Shown here in pieces: positions 24,611-35,351 of a stretch of DNA of 64,000 bases. The position numbers and the translations under genes are program-made. Each line of letters opens with the position of its first letter. Within the stretch, counting starts at the first letter, position 1. The DNA is from Okamejei kenojei (lineage: Eukaryota): contig CM069133.1 of the NCBI GenBank assembly GCA_035221665.1, positions 59,582,001 to 59,646,000 on the forward strand. The letters are read 5' to 3'. Below the pieces are notes generated by a model, which worked only from the letters and a program-made list of their open reading frames with translations, had not been told where the DNA came from and searched no databases.

Positions 24611-27600
24611 TTACCCCTTTTTGGAACAAAACCCCAATTTCTTTATTTACCTGCAGAGTTTCTGGTCCAGAAAAAAACAATACCCGACTAGGCATATTTT
24701 GTGCAGGTGGATTCCTGACATAAACTGTATTCGAGACCTTGAGACAGTGTCCAGTATAAACAGATCAGATAATATGCAGCACCATTCATCATAAAATAAC
24801 TGTAACCTACCCCCAACCAGAGGTTGTCCCCCGGAGGATTTATCCTGGACTGAATGAATCACCCGTACCTCCATAGTCGACCTAGAAGTTCTTGTTCTTC
24901 TTGCCATGCTAGGGTTGTATTTGGCGTACACAGGTGGGTAATAACGCCGTCCCACTGGTACCACTCTGCTTGGCCCTGCTCCCGGATCTGATCTACAAGG
25001 TGGCATCCTGGCCGAAGTGATGCAAGTATTCATGAGGCCAATTGTTTTGACCTCTTCTTCCAGGTCTTTGACCTGTTTGAGCAGGTCCTCGTCAAATAGA
25101 TAATTTGGCGCTTGAATGTTCGATGACCTGCACAGAGTTGCAAATCATGGGTTTAGTGTCGGCTTAATAGCAATTTTCCGGATGCAGTTTATTTCAAAGT
25201 ATGCATTGCACAGCAGGGCCAACATATCCTGATGTGTCCTGGACATCGGTGCCCCTCGGACAATTTTGCCGAAAGCCGTGATCCCTGCCCCCACCAATTT
25301 GAGGACTCGCTGGAACCGAATCTCTTATCCACGCATCGTTGCACTCATTTGTGCCCAGATAGCATAGTTCACAGTGAGCACCTTGAGCGACACACAATTA
25401 ACAGGTGTTACATAACGGGTGGTTGTTTGTTCCATAATGGAATCCTGTAGCTGGTGAGAGGCCATGCTGATGATGTTAGCAGCCAGATTTTCCTCCATGG
25501 CTTCACCAGTACCCTCCGGATTGGCAACGTTTTTTGCTACATCCAGGACACCTGGAGCATGCCTCATGTGCCTTGGTGTGTGCCCAAAAGCAGTGACACC
25601 AACTTCAGGGTCAGACTCCTCCTGCCCTGGCTCTCCCAAGTCTTGCTCCAGGGAGGTCTCTATCAGCCCTAATCAAGGTGCTGGTGAGGGTGATTCCCAC
25701 TGATATTCGTAGGCGGTGAAGTCCTTTTCGCCATATGGGCCTCTGCGTGAGGCTGTTTGGGGAATCCCAGGGACATTCGAACCCGATTGGAATATTTTGT
25801 GGCTCATCATAGTTTGCAGCATTTTCTCCATTTGATCGAGCCGTCCCCAGACCTTTTGTTAGAAGGAGGGGAGTCTTCCTCATCAGACTCGTTGGATAAG
25901 ACGGGCCCGAGAGATTTTCTTTTGGCCTTCCTTCCTGGTGGAGTGGCCTCAGTGCCCTGAAGCACTGGAGTTAATGGAGGCAGTTGAGCTGCCGGTAGAT
26001 CAGCAGTCGGTGTCGGAGCTGGTGTTACCGCAGCCGGTATCTCCCTACCCGATCTGCGAGCACTAACCATGGGCACGCGCGTTAAGCTCCTACTACGGCC
26101 AGACTTTTTCCCAACTTTCTCCATTGCTAACAACTCCTGCTGGCTCCCGAGCCAGACTCACGGAATGTATGTACCCACAGAAACGTTTTAAAAAACACTT
26201 ACCTGCTGGTTTACTACTTACCGCTGGTGGAGCTGCGCTCTCCAGCCCATTGGTGCGCCATGCGTCAGATGTAATGACGCACATGCGCCTGGCGGGGCTT
26301 CACGTAGTCACTCACGTGACTCCGAAGTAAAATCTCCATATCCAGAGTATTGGGAATCTTTGAAATGCCATACATCAGCAGAGAGTGGTCAACTTTGAAT
26401 ATGTGCAAAGCTGAGACTGATAAATTCTAGGCACTAAGTGGATCAGGTCATATAGGGAATTGGTACAAAGTGGGGCATGGGATCTGTTAGTATCTTATTG
26501 AATGACAGAGCTGGATTGAGAGCTGCATTGCAGCTCAACTGCTTCTATACTTTATCCGTTCTGTTAATGTGATGAAAATAACAGAGCTTGAATACTTTAT
26601 ATTTTTTGAGCCTTGGTTGCTGTCTTGAAAGTATAACCAAGATAGAATGGCAATCTATACATTACAAGTGGGAGAGAAATGTTTCTCTGCAAGAATCATG
26701 CACAGACCATGGCTGTGAATACAACACTTGCTTTAGGTGGACCTTAAATCAAGCAACACCCAAGATACTCATTCATTATTCAAGAATATGTCTATGTGCA
26801 TCTTGGTTATTGATTTTTCCACGAGTGCTACTGTCATTCAGTCATATTGCTCACATCTTATTTTGCAAATGATTCATTTTTGTTCAAGGAGTCACAGCCT
26901 GGGTCGCCTGGGATGGAAAACAGCAGAAAAAGAAGAAGTAATTCCACAAGACAAGGCCATGTAACAGTGATACATTGATAGTCCTTTGACATTGTGGTAT
27001 ATTTTAGTGACTTTTGTCAAAATATTGCATTACGGGGCAAAACACTAAAAAGGATTTCTGAACGATCTAATCACTATCTTTACGTTATGTTGCATTGGGG
27101 AAAGTTCCCACTACTGCGTTCTTCTTTAAGCACTGAGCAAATTAAACTATAGCAGTCTCAATAAGCTGCCTGGATTGTGAGTATCTGTTGCCACAATCAT
27201 CTCCAGTCTTGCGGTTCAAAGGTCAAAGGATTAACAGTAGCAGTTTTCACTTTACAATACTTTGTTTTAATGTGGAACAGCTTTGAGCTAACATTGTTGG
27301 AAATTGTTTTATTTTGCTTGTTGTAACAAAACAAGAATTTTACATAGAATTAATATAGGACCGACAGTACAGAAATGGATAATTCAATCCAATATATCTG
27401 TCATGCCACAGGTCTATATTGTTCTTAAGAGTGCATTTATATTGATATCCACTAGCCATGTAATTCCCAAACCAAGATATGCACTGAGCAAATGAACAGA
27501 TGAAGTACAGGAAAACAGTGTTGAAGCATAACTGTCCCCCCCCCCCAAATCTGTGCTAAATTGATAAGAAGCTCCAATCTGTGTTAAATTTATTTCTCTG

Positions 27601-28039
27601 AATTGCAAATGTCCATTCCAACCAGATTTCTAGTAATCATATTTTCAAGTATACCATCTTTAGGCTCTTTAGTTTGCTGCTTACTAACACAAATGACAGA
27701 GACTTCATAATCAGTAAAACATTCTCTACTGAAGGCAGTCAAGAGTAACAAAGGGAACTGGTAGAACAATCTATCAAAACCCATAACACATGGTGCACTA
27801 TGTTCTTATCAATGTACCTATTCAAGAATAAAGTAATGAATGAATGCAAACCATCAACTATCTACATGTGTGTAATTATGCAACTCGTTGAACATTTACA
27901 AATGCTTCATTGTTTAATTTAACTAAACAAAAATTCACATCATCTTTTCAAACTCGAAACACTTCATTTTGAGTTCCCCTTCACATCTCTCAGCATCCAT
28001 CCCACTCATAAACAATTCTGATGGATAACTTACCATTAA

Positions 28040-28720
28040 ATTCTGTCTTGGGCCCTGCACGTTGATGCAAACATAAAGAAAGCCCATCAATGACTATACT
28101 TCCCTAGAATATTAAGGAGATTTGTTACGTAGACAAAGGTTCTCTTAAACTTGTACAGGTATCTGGTGGATAGTATATGGCTGGTTGTATTATGGCTTGG
28201 TTTAGCAATGAACACCGAGGAATTATAAAGTTTGTAAAAAGTGGTCAAAATTGCCTGGTCCATCACAGATTTTGATCTACCCACCATATAGTTCTACCCA
28301 AGGGATCTATCAGAGGCACTGCCTCAAAAGGTCAGCTAGCATCGTCAGGGACCCTCACCACCCTGACTTGGCTTTTACATCACTCCTCCATCAGGAAATA
28401 GGTCTAGGAGTCTGAGTAATTGAGAAATGCATGAGATTGCGGAGAATGTAGGAGCAGCTTGGTTCATTACAGACACATAACTCTCCATCGTCAAAAGCAC
28501 CGATACGTGGTGTTGCCTCAAGAAGGCGGTATCTGCCATCAAGGATCCACACCATACTGGTCCATGATCCTCTCCTCACTGTTGTTATCGGGTAGCAGGT
28601 ACTGAAGCCTGACGTCGCACAACACCAGATTCAGGAACAGAAACTTTTCTCCAACATTCAGGTTCTTGAACCAACCCACAGAACCCTAATCCTAGCTCAA
28701 TAACAACACTCTATGGATCA
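28040..28720 (+). mobile_element. Two decayed Rex1/Babar 3' fragments
   Basis: Each is similar to 36440-36840 (AGCATCGTCAGGGACCCTCACCACCCTG; ATCAAGGATCCACACCATACTGG). Confidence 0.6.
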
Positions 28721-28810
28721 TATCTTGCACTACCACACACTTGTTTTTGTTCCAATTGTGTTTTACATTAACATCCTTTTTTCTTGAAGTATTTTTGGTG
28801 GTTTATTGCC

Positions 28811-29125
28811 TTTAGTTTAGTTTAGAGATACAGCATGGAAACGGGCCCTTCGGCCCACCGAATCCGTGCCGGCCAGCAATACCCGCACACTAACACTATC
28901 CTACACACTCTCGCAGCAATTTACAATTTTACCTAGCCAATTAGCCTGGAAACATGTACGGCTTTGGACTGTGGGAGGAAACCGGAGGTCCCGGAGAAAA
29001 CCCATGCAGGTCATGGGGAGAACATACAAACTCTGTTCATACAGCATCCATAGTCAGGATTGAACCGGGGTTTCTGGCTCCAAGGCAGCAACTCTACTGC
29101 TTGAATCTATGGCCACTGTGCCACC
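28811..29125 (-). mobile_element. V-SINE (HE1-like)
   Basis: (TTTAG)n tail and reverse-complement core TGTGGGAGGAAACCGGAG. Confidence 0.85.
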
Positions 29126-29934
29126 CAAATTTTTGTATGATTTATGTATAATCTTTTTTGTATAATTTATGCTTATGTTTTGTCTATGTAACTGTGATGC
29201 AACTTCAAGCAAGAGATTCTTTGTCCCTGTTCCTCATTGTGCTCTTACACTTCATGCTGGGACTTTTATCTTTCACCTTACCGATAGTGTTAAATCCTGT
29301 CAAAGCTCACCCACTGACCTGGAACTCTGTTGAATCTATGGTCTCAATTGGTCCTATCAAGATTACAGAACGTTCCTCTGATTTCTGGCCATCGAAGTTT
29401 GCAATGTTTCCATTGCTCCACAGATGCTAACTCACTGTCCAATACTATACATACATTATGAACAGATAAGGCTTTAATAAGGACTTCCTCCTCTTTGCCC
29501 CTGGAATTGTGCCCTGATTAAAATTCCTTGCATGTTTAAGCACCAATTTTCATGCATTTTCTAAGTCATTAAATTCATTATGACCCATCATTCTGATTGA
29601 ATCCTCTGTTATGGTAGGTTGTCAAAAAGAGGCAATGTCTGATACAATGTTTTATCAACTATCATACCACTTGGTGAAGTCACATCATACAGGTATATTT
29701 AACACTTATATAGACCATATCGGTTTCTTTGAATTTCCTGTACATGTTGTTCTGATACTAACACCAAAAGGCATTCTCTGTCCTCAATAAATTATCATGC
29801 ATCATCTTATTACAATGAAGTAACAGTATCCATAGATAATCTATAACTCTAACTACCAATTTGGTTTTGAACTGGATAACTGAAATCTCATATATAAAAC
29901 TGGTCAGAGATGAATAATATAGGGTTTTATGAGT

Positions 29935-30167
29935 GGGAAGGAACTGCAGATGCTGGTTTAAACTGAAGATATACACAAAAAGATGGAGTAATTCAGCGGG
30001 TAAGACAGCATCTCTAGAGAGAAGGAATAGGTGACGTTTCGAGTTGTGACCTTTTTTCAGACAGCTGAGTATGCCAATCCAAGAAGGGTCTCGACCCAAA
30101 ATGTCACCTATTCCTTTTCTCATGAGATACTGTCTGACCCAGAGTTATCCCAGTTTTTTGTGTCTAT
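29935..30167. mobile_element. Hairpin-shaped Penelope-derived mini-element
   Basis: Two inverted copies of the PLE terminus with decayed hammerhead motifs at the centre; TSD TATAGGGT(T/C)TTATGAGT (29918-29934, 30168-30184). Confidence 0.85.
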
Positions 30168-30239
30168 TATAGGGTCTTATGAGTTGGATTATTATGTTTT
30201 ATGTTTTCTTGAATACCTCCCCTTCAAATTGTCAATTTC

Positions 30240-30780
30240 ATATAGTTATACAGCGCAGACACAGGCCCTTCAGCTAGAGGATCCATGCCAACCAAGTTGT
30301 CTATCTGAGATAGTCCCATTAGTCTGCATTGGAGGCTGATGTGGTTCCCTATGAGCGAGGCTCAAAACCTTTTCTATGCATTTAATTTTAAACATTATAA
30401 TTTTACCCCCCTCTACACCTCCTCATATACATGTAAATCTCTATGTGAGAAACCTTCCCTTCAGGTATACTTTAAATCTTTATCCTGTCACCTTAAATGA
30501 GTGCCCTCTAATTTTAGATTCCACTACCCTGGTGAAAAAAGACTGTGAACAATTACACCTAATCTAATCCCTTCATACTTGTATACATCCCTATAAGGGT
30601 CATCCTTCAGTGGCCTATGTTCCATGGAAAAGAGCCCCTTTCGATCCAGCCTCTCATTATAACTTAAGCCCTCTGGTCTCAGTCACATCCTTGTGAATCT
30701 TTTCTGCATCTTTCCTATACCTCAGTGACAAGAACTGCACACAATGACATCATTCCTGCAGCTAGGTGACCAGAACGGCA
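30240..30780 (-). mobile_element. Decayed CR1 3' fragment
   Basis: ACAGGCCCTTC tail; GGTGACCAGAAC is the reverse complement of the QFWSP region. Confidence 0.65.
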
Positions 30781-30832
30781 CTTTTATTATCGAATAATTA
30801 AAAATAAAGATTCTTAATATAAATCTGCATTT

Positions 30833-31602
30833 GGCACAGTGATAAAGCTGGTAGAGCTGCTGCCCCACAGTGCCAGAGACCCTAGTTTGATCTTGATCTC
30901 GGGTGCAATAGACAATAGGTGCAGGAGTAGGCTATTTGGCCCTTCGAGCGATTCAATGTGATCATGGCTGATCATCCCCAGTCAGTACCCCATTCCTGCC
31001 TTCTCCCCATATCCCCTGACTCCGCTATTTTTAAGAGTCCTATCTAACTCTCTCTTGAAAGCATCCAGAGAACCTGCCTCCACCGCCCTCTGAGGTAGAG
31101 AATTCCACAGAATCACCAATCTCTGTGAGAAAAAGTGTTTCTTCGTCTCCGTTCTAAATGGCTTACTCCTTATTCTCAAACTGTGGCCCCTGGTTCTGGA
31201 CTCCCCCAACATCGGGAACATGTTTCCTGCCTCTAGTGTGCCCAAGCCCTTCACAATCTTATGTTTCAATGAGATTCCCTCTCATCCTCCTAAACTCCAG
31301 TGTATACAAGCCCAGCTGCTCCATTCTCTCAGCATATGACAGTCCTGCCATCCTGGGAATTAACTTTGTAGCTATCAGTGTGGAGTTTGCATGTTCTTGT
31401 TGTGATGGTGTTGGGTTCTGCCAGCTGCTCCCATTTCGCAAAGACATATGGGTTTGTAGCTTAATTGGCCTCTGTAAATTGCCCTGGTTGGTCGTGAGAG
31501 GATTCGCAAATGGGATAGGATAGACCTAGTGGGAAAGGCTGATCAATGGTTGCTGTGGACAGTGGGCTGAAGGACATCTTTCTTGGATGAATCTCGAAAC
31601 TA
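30833..31602 (+). mobile_element. V-SINE split by a CR1 insertion
   Basis: Head at 30833-30906; core and tail resume at about 31369. Confidence 0.75.
30907..31365 (-). mobile_element. CR1 3' fragment
   Basis: ORFs 31259-31447 and 30982-31269 (LYTLEFRRMRGNLIET, RTRGHSL); closely similar to 46611-47080. Confidence 0.9.
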
Positions 31603-32288
31603 AAAATGTTGAAAAATCATCAACAGAATATTGTCTGTTTCAGGGATTCATTCCACCAATTACCTGATTGTTCTATTTGTAACTTTTAAAGAGATGCTTA
31701 TCCTTGAAAAATACATAATCTGGAAAGTGTGCATTAATAGGTCTGTCCTTGGGTTGTTGCATTTTATTATTTTCCAAATGTTGGATTTATCGTGTCAAAG
31801 GGCACATAAGAAATGAAATACTGTATGGATCATTCTGGATTTTTAAAATAATTCCTCGCTGATGAAATCTCGTTATATACTAATAACAATCCATTTTTCA
31901 TTATTACTGTTGACTCCGTTTCTTATTTGTCTTATAGATAGATTTTTATATTTATTAAAGTAGCATGGCACATTTGATTTCTTGCAAATTGAGTAATAAT
32001 GTGAATAACTGAACAAATACATTTATAGAAGTTAGTCCTTTGCTGCCAAACTGATTCATGTTTTCTCGGTGTACTGTATGGGCTCTTAGTCACACAATGA
32101 ACTAAAAATTCTCAGCATTTTATTCAAATCAATATCTAGTCTTCCTCTGAATTGATCTGTGTAATTTCCATCTAACAAACTTTGAAGATCTTTGTGCTCC
32201 TCCATTTCTGCTTTCATGCATAACTTCAATTTTTATGGGTCCACCATTTAGTGACTGTCCCTTCAGCTGTCTGGATTCTAAACACTGG

Positions 32289-32382
32289 ATAGACACAAAA
32301 TTCTGGAGTAACTCAGTGGGACAGGCAGCATCTCTATAGAGAAGGAATTGGTGACGTTTCGGGTCAAGACCCTTCTTCAGAC
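32289..32382 (-). mobile_element. Short Penelope-derived element
   Basis: Same roughly 95 bp unit as 6277-6371. Confidence 0.75.
32353..32380 (-). ncRNA. Minimal hammerhead ribozyme-like motif (best-preserved copy)
   Basis: Reverse complement CTGAAGA-A-GGGT-CTTG-ACCC-GAAACGTC with a perfect stem II. Confidence 0.65.
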
Positions 32383-33061
32383 AGATTCAGTCTGTGGCTC
32401 AGGTTTTGATAATTTACCTCAACACTGCCTTTCCTGGATTAGTGTTAAACACTATTTGATTACCATTGTTCAGATGTTTTATTTTCTTGACGGTAATTTA
32501 TAAATGCAGCTACTGCCACGTTAATGGAAGTTGTATATGAATCACATGTAGAAATAACTGAGGAGCAATTATTTTTAAATGATCTTTATCAGCACCTAGT
32601 TACTGAACAGATAATGGAAAATTGAAACCAAATCTGAGCTAATTGGACAGTGAGTGAAACAATTAAGTGCCAAGAATAATAATTATAAAACATTCCATTT
32701 GTATTGCTGATCGATGATCCAAACGATTCAACATTTTGAGCATCTAGCCAGTCCATAGCAAATAGAGGAAAGTTATGCTCAATACATTTAGCTTTATCTT
32801 GTAATGCTTCAGTCTGCCTGTAACAATTCAAATCTTTTTTTTAAAACATAGTCACAAATGCAATACTCAGTTGTGCAATAACCCTTTTATAATGAGATGA
32901 ATATGCAGATTTAATCTTGGCAATGTTAGTGGATGCATTAATAAATATTGACCAAGACACCAAGAAAATTTAAATGTATTTAGATGTCCTCGTCATTTGC
33001 AAAGTGCTTAAATTACCTATTATTTGTTCCTCAATGCAATACATTCCATTATCCACCCCAT

Positions 33062-33746
33062 GCCCCTCTCCCACTTAGGAAACCTGAACGGAAACCTCTG
33101 GAGACCTTGTGCCCCACCCAAGGTTTCCATGAGGTTCCCGGAGGTTCTGGTCACTCTCCCTAACAGTTGAAAGTGGTTTCCGCGTAGTCGAGGCTTCTTA
33201 TATGTTCCTGCGATTATTTCAACAAATTCAAAACCGGCCTCGACTAAAAATAGGTTGCCATTTGTTCGAAGCCAGTGGGGTGGCTATTTACTTACAGCCA
33301 GTCGAAGGCAATCTCGTTCGCTGACTGGGCAGTTTGATTGGCTCATTGGAGTTTTCAGCAGATTTTCAGGACCTAGAAGATCCGCCGGAAGGTAAAATGC
33401 CCACTAACTTTATTAAACTTCTTAAAACTGTCTCCTCCCCTCCTCTTCGCCCCCTCCTCTCACCCCTCTCCCACCCCCTCCTCACCCCTCCTCCCCTACC
33501 CTCCACTCCCCCCCTCCCCCCCCCTCCTTTTATCTTCCCTTAATCATGCAGACAGCGCTCCTCCGCTGTCCCTGACCCCTACCTTCGCTGTGTGTGTGTT
33601 CGGGAGCAAAGATCCTGTAGGATCTTTGGTCAGTTGATGCAGCTCACACTTCGGTCGAGTCTTTCCAGGCAAGTGACCAAAACCTCTGGCGACTCATGGA
33701 TACCTTGGGTGGGGCGCAAGGTCTCCAGACGTTTCCATTCAGGTTT
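33062..33746. mobile_element. MITE with long TIRs, right tip missing
   Basis: AAACCTGAACGGAAACCTCTGGAGACCTTGTGCCCCACCCAAGG versus CCTTGGGTGGGGCGCAAGGTCTCCAGACGTTTCCATTCAGGTTT; interior resembles 5215-5510. Confidence 0.8.
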
Positions 33747-34189
33747 ACACTTTCCTGCAGTTCTCCTTGTCTAAATCATTTTGTCGTACTTTGGCAACCT
33801 TCTCGAATCAATTGATTTCTCCCGTCAATCTGACCACGATGCCTTCAGTTTGTGAATCTGAGAGGATTTGATCTCCTCAGCCCTTCCTCTTGACATAAAT
33901 CACTTCACTGACACATGCCCTCCAATTCCAACACATTCTTGTCAATTGGCAATGTTCACTATGCATCATAACACTTCAGACTTGCCACAAAATGACATAC
34001 TATCATTTTTTAGACATCTTTTGAATGATCTTCCTCCATAAAACATGATTTTCTATATGTGCAAATGTTGGTCAAACGAGAATGTTCGATTTAAGGGTGA
34101 AGCAGTTCTACTAGTTAATCTCATGAAATATTAACAAGGTTTGTCTTTATGAGGTGCTTTGTTGGCTTCAACATAAGCCAAAGCATGAA

Positions 34190-34290
34190 GATAGACGCAA
34201 CAAATGCTGGAGTAACTCAGCGGGTCAGGCAGCATTTTTGGAGAAAAGGAATAGGTGATGTTTTGGGTCGAGACCCTTCATCAGACTTTG
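34190..34290 (-). mobile_element. Short Penelope-derived element (decayed hammerhead)
   Basis: Same unit; reverse complement CTGATGA-AGGGTCTCGACCC-AAAACATC. Confidence 0.7.
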
Positions 34291-34320
34291 TGTATTTTTT
34301 GTGTAAAGAAAGTTGCCCCT

Positions 34321-35299
34321 CATAGAAACATAGAAGGCTGCAGGAGGAGGCCATTCGGCCCTTTGAGCTAGCACTGCCATTCATTGTGGTCATGGCTGAT
34401 TCGTACCCTATCAATAACCCGTGCCTGCCTTCTAGTAGTCACTGCTCTGCTGACCTGGAATACCTGATGATAAAGTGCAGGCCCTTCTATCTGCCCAGGG
34501 AATTTACATCGATTGTTATCACTGCAGTCTATGTACCCCCAGACGCTAATGCCAGGCTAGCAATGGAAGAGCTGCAAGCTGCTATCAGCAGACAAACTAA
34601 CTGCACACCCAGAGGGGGCTTTTATTGTTGCATTTGATTTTAACTACTCTAACCTTAAAACTGTACTCCCCAGATTCCACCAACATGTCTCCTGCCCAAC
34701 CAGAGGAAACAAGACTCTGGACCTAGTATTCACCAATATTACCTGAAGCATACAAAGCGCCCTCCCCCCTCCCCCTCCCCCACCTGGGACAGTCTGACCA
34801 CCTCTCTCTGTTCCTGCTCCCCAAATACACACCTCTGATCAGACGTGTGAAACCTTCCGTGAGGACAGTGAAGGTCTGGCCTGAGGGGGCTGTCTCTGTC
34901 TTACAGGAACAGTTTCAGCAAACAGACTGGAGGCTGTTTGCCCACCCAGGCCACCTTCAACTCCCAAGTGAACATCAACTCATACACCTCAACCGTTCTG
35001 GACTATAAAAATTCTGCACGGACAAACGTCAACTACCCACAAAGAGATAAAGACCTTCCCTAACCAGAAGCCGTGGATGAGCAGGGAGGTCAGACTCCTG
35101 CTGAAGGCTCGCGACGCCGCTTTTAAATCTGGTGATGCTGAGGGTTACAGCTCATCCAGGGCCAATCAGAAAAAGGGAATTAGGAACGCTAAAAACTCAA
35201 TCACAAACAGCGGAAATCGAGGAGCATTTCCAAAATAACTCTGACCCCAGGCGCATGTGGCAAGGAATAAAATCCATTGCCGATTACCATAAAGTTAAC

Positions 35300-35351
<52 letters not shown>

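Larger units (their letters stand above)
21427..26332 (-). mobile_element. DIRS1-type tyrosine recombinase retrotransposon, structurally complete, ORFs disrupted
   Basis: ITRs 21502-21537 / 26274-26306; ICR 21652-21763; gag-like region 25000-26130; RT 24107-24610 (DLKDAY, YLDD); RNase H TDVS.LGWG at about 23710-23740; MT-like region; YR C-terminus. Confidence 0.92.
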
